This document shows, piece after piece, positions 55,265 to 64,000 of a stretch of DNA of 64,000 nt (position 1 is the first letter of the stretch; each line of letters opens with the position of its first letter). The notes below the pieces were generated by a model. It was not told the DNA's origin. It saw only the letters and a program-made list of their open reading frames with translations, and did not search any database. This DNA comes from Eledone cirrhosa (lineage: Eukaryota), in assembly GCA_964016885.1 (NCBI GenBank), contig OZ024741.1, positions 278,938,001 to 279,002,000 on the forward strand, read 5' to 3'. The translations under genes were made by a program, and so were the position numbers.

Positions 55265-56917
55265 GAGGGGGTTAAGGGGTTTCAATTTTTTTGTTTTGTG
55301 TTGGAGACCATTGCGTGCAACATTATTCAAGGTGAGACTGATTGAAGGTAGGGAAGAAGAGAATGATTACACCTGGGTCTCTGGTCCGTCAAATCCTGAA
55401 AATCAAACTTAGTTACCCCTAGGTTTCTAATGTTATTTGATATCACGAGGATTTCTCCCAAATGAAGTGAATGTGGGTGTTTATATGCATCTCTTTCTTC
55501 ATGGTGGATTAGATCAATTTTTCCAAGTTTAACAGCATAATGTTTTATTTTAATTCTACTTTATTTTCGTCCATTATATCAAAGTGCGTAAATTAGATTG
55601 ACATTCTACCTCAGTCATGGGAAAACTGCGGCCCGTTTGGCTTTCTGAATGGCAAGCCTTATTTCAAAATGTTTTAGTAGTGGAGCTCGCCTTAGGATGA
55701 ACCATATTCTATGCGGCTCTCTCGAAAATGTTACCCATTTCTGTTCTATCAGGTAATAAGCTCCGTTGTTGACTAACTGAACCTTAAAAATATCTGCAAA
55801 AATATATATATTTTACTGTGATGGATAAGATATATGTCATTTATATAAATATAGTAGGGAACGGAACCGACCACGGTGACGTATGTATGTGTGAATGGAG
55901 TCATAGGGGCACCGTCATGATATACCACCTCTCTTGAGCATTTTAACCCTAGTGAAGCCCATCCCCTCTCCAGTATACCGCGTGTCTTGGGCATTTTAAA
56001 CCTAGTGAGGTCCATCTCCTGCCCAGGTCTAAGAATAATTGATTTCTTCCAAAGAAGAAAGATTGTGAGAGAGATGAAATGAGAAAGTGATATAGAGGAA
56101 GAATCGACCCCAGTACGGAACTAGACCTTTTGTTTTATATTTATTGACCACAAAAACACTGAAAGGCAAAGTTGACCTCGTCAGGATTTGAACTCAAAAT
56201 GCATAGAGCCGGGACGAATACTGCAAAGCATTTTGTCTAACGACTCAGTCAATCCGCCGCCGCCTTACAGTGATTTATATGTTACGACTAAAGATATTTT
56301 TAGAACGCAGTCGGTGATAGCATATTGGATTATATTAAACAAGAAACAGTTAAGACACTGCTTCGCCTTTCTAGTTTCCAAATTCGGAAAAAAAAATTTT
56401 TTCAGCGGGAAAATGTATTCGAAAGTATTACTGCAGTCAAACTTTTTGACACAAGTGCTGAAGTCCTCTCAATCTATATACATATGTATGTTTATATATA
56501 TATACAGGATGTTAAAAAAAAATGTATACACACGTTGATTACCTGTACAGGCAATATTTATTAGAATGCACAGCCTTTCTGTATATATTGTTTGGGAACA
56601 CCCTATATATGTATGTGTGTGTGTGTGTGTATAAATATAATCGTAGAAAATGTAGAAATATCGCAGGCCAAAAATAGCAGTAACCACAGTCGTTTGCGAT
56701 GAATAAGAGTATTAAATATTCGGATAAAATACGCTAAATAGAGTGGCCAGCTGCAGCTACGTAGGATCGAACTCCGAACCTTTATAGATGTATTTTACCC
56801 GATATACTAAGCTATTATTTATAGCAGTCCACTGTTTACAGCTATTTTCTACATTTGAGATTTCTACATTTTCGAAGAATTTCAATCTAGTCAACATTCC
56901 GATAGTTTATCTTGGGA

Positions 56918-57087
<170 letters not shown>

Positions 57088-57093
57088 ATATCA

Positions 57094-57146
57094 GGACTTT
57101 CCTGATGATTTCTTACGAATGAAATAGTTCTAGTCCTGTAGAAGTC
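57094..57146 (+). ncRNA. Type I hammerhead, family D
   Basis: GACTTTC-CTGATGA-TTTC TTAC GAAT-GAAA-TAG..CTG-TA-GAAGTC; GUA triplet. Confidence 0.7.
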
Positions 57147-57279
57147 ATTTCTATAATAAAATGAACATACCTATACTCTACTAACGTATTGAGTACCTTT
57201 TTTGACAATAGACGCCTCCCGATTTACATCGAGATACTACATACATATATATGTGTGTGTGTACGTTTATATGCGCGTT

Positions 57280-57318
<39 letters not shown>

Positions 57319-57454
57319 CTCTACCATTACGGATATTACCTTCCAGTGTTCTACCACTATATATATATATATATATATAACGAAGGAAATGTGGTAAGGA
57401 ACCAGGTGGACCATAACGCACCAAAGTACTCAATACTTAGGGTAGTAGAGTGTT

Positions 57455-57524
<70 letters not shown>

Positions 57525-58199
57525 AGTGTGCGTGTAAATAGGACCTGAATCTTTGGTAGAGATAATTGTATGCCACCGTTCATTTAAACAATGTCTGAAC
57601 ATATCCGATATTTTCCAGACACAGGGTGTGTGTTTGAGAAATAAAAGTGATGAAAGAATCGATATAAGTACTGTGCGTATAAGTTAGATACAACGTTGAT
57701 ACATACTTAATATTTTCTTCGACGATCCTTCAGATTGTTGGTAGTCCGGCTGACACTCTCGAAATTTCGGACTTCTTGTATTTGCCTGATTTGTCAATAT
57801 AGATATATGTGTGTGTGTGTGTGTGTGTGTACACTTACACAAAGATTTGGTAGCCTAGATAGGACTCTCGAAGCTGGCAAGTGACTTCATCTGAAATAGC
57901 GTATTGAAACTAAAGCAAATACAGCATGGATGTGATCTGTGTGAACGTGTGTGTGTGTGTGTGTACTCAACGCAGATAGCAGCGGTTAAATATTCATAGT
58001 TAAAATCTTAAATTCTGATCTTCATTACATTTTGTAGTGTATTTTAAGTTGTAACTATGCTATAGCTAATTCAATAACACCAAATTCGATTGTATTTCAG
58101 GATCATTAATCCATCATTAGTGACTTTCACTCACTATGTACTGTAACTAATATAGACTAGTTTAAAAGACATTTAAATGAAATTGAACTAAAAATAAAT

Positions 58200-59290
58200 A
58201 TCGACCTCAGTATTTAGCTGGTACTTTATTTTATCGACCCCGGGGTGCTGAAAGATAAAGTTGATACCTACGGTATCTGAACTCAGTAAATACTGATTTC
58301 TAATTTAGGCACACGGGCAGCAAATTTTGGAGGGGGGGGGGGGGATTCATTAAATCAACCCCAGTACATGACTGGTGCTTTATTTTTTTAGCCCCGGAAA
58401 GTTGACTTCAACGGGATTTGAAATTCCGAACGTAACGAACAGATCAATACTGCAAAGTATTTTGTCTGATACTCCAACAATTCCGTTTATCTACGAGTAT
58501 ACCAATATCTGATATAATGGTTTCTTATTTAAGCAAAAAACCAACAATTTTTTTTTGGGGGGGGAGGGAGAAAGTCGATTAAATTGCGTTACCGATATTT
58601 TATTTTATCGACCAGTGCGTTACCGATATTTTATTTTATCGACCAGTGCGTTACCGATATTTTATTTCATCGACCAGTGCGTTACCGATATTTTATTTTA
58701 TCGACCCCGTAAGGATGAAAGGTAAAGTTAACCTCGGCAGGATGTGAACTTACATCGCAGCGATTGGGAACGAATACCACAAAGTATACTGTCCGATGTT
58801 CTCATGACTCTGCCAATTCGACGACTGTATACTATAGTATATGATTAAAAATAATTGTTTCTACAATTAGGCACTAGGCCAGCAATTTGACGTAAGTGGG
58901 GAAAAGTCAATTAAATAGAGCTCCAGTGAATTACTGGTACTTTAATTTCTCGACTCCGTATGCATGTAAGACCAAGCTTAACTCGGCGGGGTTTGAACTG
59001 AGAACATAAGGAACCGTAACTATATGTCACAAAGTATGTTATCCGACACTCTACCGACACTGCCATCCCAGCAAACCTCCTCCCTTACCGGAAGAAATAT
59101 CTAGCACCATACCAATATCTGATATTTTGAGGGAGGGGAAAGTCGATTAAATCGACTCCTGTGCATGACTGGTACTTTATTTTATAGACCCCTTAAGGAG
59201 GAAAGGCAAAGTTAACTCCGGCGGGATTTAAACTCCAGATCATAAAGGGCCGTAACTCTATGCTGCAAAGCATGTTATCCGACGGTCTAC
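58200..59290 (-). mobile_element. Array of 5-6 SINE copies, including a 31-bp x4 tandem repeat at 58585-58706
   Basis: Repeated GGTACTTTATTTTATCGACCCC..GAAAGG.AAAGTT; repeat unit TGCGTTACCGATATTTTATTTTATCGACCAG. Confidence 0.85.
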
Positions 59291-59522
59291 CTGATATAAT
59301 GACATTTGAACATTTCCAACAATTGCTTTCCTTGTCAAGTACAAACATACATAATGGAATGAGTAGACAAATAAATTTTAACCAATTAAATAAAAGTCAT
59401 TAATATCACTCAAAATTCTTGTGCGTCCATGTGTATAAATGTAGGATTATATATATGTGTATGTATGAGTGTGTGTGTGCGTGTGTATGTGCCTATACAC
59501 ACACGTACACACGTACACGCGT

Positions 59523-59553
<31 letters not shown>

Positions 59554-60432
59554 CGCATACATGCATATATGCATACATATACTAAAAGGCATTTAGAATA
59601 ACGTAAATATTGAAATACTCAATATTTACGTATGCGTGTATACATGTGCATGCGTGTATACATGTATAGTGTATGTGTCTATGTTTGTGTGTGTATATGC
59701 ATGTGAGTATGTGTATGTGTATGTCTGTGTGTGTGTGTTTGCGCGTTTGTGTGGCTGTGTGTAGACGTATTTCTTTGCATTTTGCTTTCCGCACAATTGA
59801 CTTCTTTTTCGTTTAGCCACTAACTAGACCAACGTATACGACATGTTGAATTCAGCTAAGACGCCTGCTTAATTTAACAACAATATGTAATATGTGGAAA
59901 AAAATGTATAAAATTTCACAAACCAAAATAGCTAAAGACATTACACGAGAGATAGTAGACACTTTAGCAATCGACCAAGAAAACCAACGAAACTAACAGG
60001 TAGCACATATATTTTTAAGATGGCGGAGTTGGATGCTAGAATCGATGGCTGATGTACACGATGAACCCCAGAAACATACGAATACTTGGCATTTGGACAC
60101 TACATTTAAAATAAAGGTTCTTTTTGTTATTTTTTAAATATTATGAAGGGACGGTGGGGGACGATAGATTGGCAGTATCGGTAGATTGTCGGACAATATG
60201 CTTTGTAGCATAGAGTTGTGGCCCTTTACGTTCTGAGTTCAAATCATGCCGAGGTTAACTTTGCCTTTCATCCTTACGGGATTGATAAAATAAAGTACCA
60301 ATAACGCACTGGGTCGATTTAATTGACTTTCCCTTTTACTTCAAATTGATTTTATATCCTTTCGAGGTCGATAAGATAGTACCAGTCCAATACTGGACCC
60401 TCTCTCTCCCTCTTTCTCTCCCTCTCTCTCCC

Positions 60433-60481
<49 letters not shown>

Positions 60482-60490
60482 GTATATATG

Positions 60491-60602
<112 letters not shown>

Positions 60603-60603
60603 C

Positions 60604-61058
60604 ATGTAAAGTTATATTTAAAATTGTTGGGTTACAACTAGTAAATATTTATAACTGATATAAAAGCACTCGACAAATATTTGGAGTATATTTACAATAT
60701 TAAATAAATGGAAAACTATATTTATAAAACCATATTTATTTCATTATATATATTTCGGGGATATCATATTAACAATATGCTATGCCTTCATCAGACAAAA
60801 TACAATATAAACAGTTTTATAGATAAATATATTCGACATACCGTAATAAACATCAACTTCATTTGAAGAGGCTAGCGTAAACCTCTTCAAATGAAGTTGA
60901 TGTTTATTACGGTATGTCGAATATATTTATCTATAAAACTGTTTATATTGTATTTTGTCTGATGAAGGCATAGCATATTGTTAATATGATATCCCCGAAA
61001 TATATATAATGAAATAAATATGGTTTTATAAATATAGTTTTCCATTTATTTAATATTG

Positions 61059-61060
<2 letters not shown>
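60604..61060. mobile_element. Family C element with about 178-bp fold-back; mirror HHRs at 60739-60800(-) and 60953-61014(+)
   Basis: Arms at about 60693-60871 and 60882-61060 around the loop CTAGCGTAAA. Confidence 0.88.
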
Positions 61061-61092
<32 letters not shown>

Positions 61093-61366
61093 CATACATA
61101 TACATACATATCTATTTATACATAAATTTATATGCATATATACTTAAATACTTATATATGTGTGTGTTTATGTATATAAATATATGCATAATTACACACA
61201 CACACACACACACACACCGCCCTGTCCGTCCCTTCAATCTATCTAATATCTCATTCTTTCCTCCGATGAAGGACCAGCGTCCGAAACGTTAGCCGTCTTC
61301 CTGCTATTTCAAGCGTAAAACTAATATATTTCTTCCATATACTGTACCGATTGTATTGTTATTTTC

Positions 61367-61440
<74 letters not shown>

Positions 61441-61820
61441 CAGTATATATATATAAACAGAAAAATGGTATTTCCAGAAAAACAATAACAGACAATGTGA
61501 GTCTATTTTAGCATTTGGCCCTTGATTTATTTTTGGGTCATAGCATAAATAGTTGGAATTGTATCTCTTCACCCATGCTAAGGAACTAGGTGGACCATAA
61601 CGTACCAGAGTACTCAATACTTAAAGTAGTAGAGTGGGTAATAGGAAAATGTTCAAGACCCCGACGGCAGAACTCAAGCCGTGAATTTAGTCTAGAAATA
61701 GCCGTCGAAACGGCTTGAGCTCTGCCGTCGGGATCTTGAACATTTTCATATATATATATATATAGGTCGGTACACAATAAGAACATAAATACATGTAAAC
61801 GAAACTTCAAGGTTTTTCTC

Positions 61821-61851
<31 letters not shown>

Positions 61852-61939
61852 ATTATATATATATATATTATATATATATATATTATATATATATATATTA
61901 TATATATATATATTATATATATATATATTATATATATAT

Positions 61940-61970
<31 letters not shown>

Positions 61971-62290
61971 ATATATATATATATTATATATATATATATA
62001 TTATATATATATATATTATATATATATATATATTATATATATATATATTATATATATATATATATTATATATATATTATATATATATATATATTATATAT
62101 ATATATATTATATATATATATATTATATATATATATATTATATATATATATATATTATATATATATATTATATATATATATATATTATATATATATATAT
62201 TATATATATATATATTATATATATATTATATATATATATATTATATATATATATATTATATATATATTATATATATATATATTATATATA

Positions 62291-62340
<50 letters not shown>

Positions 62341-62362
62341 ATATATATATATATTATATATA

Positions 62363-62816
<454 letters not shown>

Positions 62817-62872
62817 TTATATATATATATATATTATATATATATATATATTATATATATATTATATATATA

Positions 62873-62940
<68 letters not shown>

Positions 62941-63037
62941 GAGAGAGAGAGGGGGAGAAAGAGTTCGCATTTGGTTGTCGAAACTGCCGGAGCTTAGCTG
63001 TCGGGGCCCTGAATCTTTTCATAGATAGATAGATATA

Positions 63038-63347
<310 letters not shown>

Positions 63348-63684
63348 CGTGAGAGTGAGGGAGAGAGGGAGAGAAATACACATCCTAACAGTAGTACTAT
63401 AGTCTGATTCAAAATAGAAACGTATATACTAGCTGGTCTAGCCTGCGCTACATGCAAATAAGCATATCCCAAAATGTATTATTTACAAAACCTTAAGTCA
63501 CGACTACTTGAAAAATTAATCTGAACTTTCCTACTCTTTCGAGTTAATCATTAATAAAATTGAAAAATAAAACAGAATTCTGATTTGATAACTTTTTTCC
63601 AAATCCTTCAAGTTTTGAAACTTGATTCTGTTAGATCGAGTACCGAGCTTTAGTATTCGATCATCAGAAAATATATGCATTTTA

Positions 63685-63960
63685 AACAAACCTGGTGAAA
63701 CCCATCCCTTCCCCAGGTCTGAACACAACCGATTTTCTTTTTGCAGAGAAGGATATAAGGTGAGAGAGAAGAAGCGAAAAAGAAATATAGAGGAAGAATC
63801 GATACCAGTACTAGAACTGGTACATCTTTTTTATCGACCTCGAAAGGGTGAAAGGCAGAGTTAACCTCGGTAGGTTTTGAACTCAGAGTGCACAAAGAGT
63901 CTGAACGAATACCGCAACACATTCTATCTGATGCTCTAACGGCTCAGCCAATTCGTTGCC
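63685..63960 (-). mobile_element. Long-tail SINE
   Basis: Same structure as 17845-18185 and 55990-56265. Confidence 0.8.
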
Positions 63961-64000
63961 TATAGTGGAATATATAAAAACATAAAAATAGAATATTTGA

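Overview
Eukaryotic, very AT-rich, repeat-saturated non-coding DNA, most consistent with an octopus/cephalopod genome (inferred from the SINE types and extreme microsatellite load). No intact host protein-coding gene is supported; almost all listed ORFs are translations of microsatellites or repeats. Contents: a frameshifted Penelope-like element (PLE; RT + GIY-YIG) at 1-2.8 kb, decayed RTE, Tx1/L1, CR1-like and PLE fragments, many tRNA-derived SINEs, Tc1/mariner-type MITEs, a 75-bp minisatellite of about 37 copies and long triplet/dinucleotide tracts. The main finding, read by eye, is over 20 complete or partial type I hammerhead ribozyme (HHR) motifs from many different short non-coding families. 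These sit inside (TA)n microsatellites and very often form tandem or fold-back (palindromic) structures. They look like a diverse population of non-autonomous, ribozyme-bearing PLE-derived retroelements (retrozyme-like). One family carries a recurrent non-canonical core, and one fold-back junction maps to a predicted cleavage site. Repeat boundaries are approximate.
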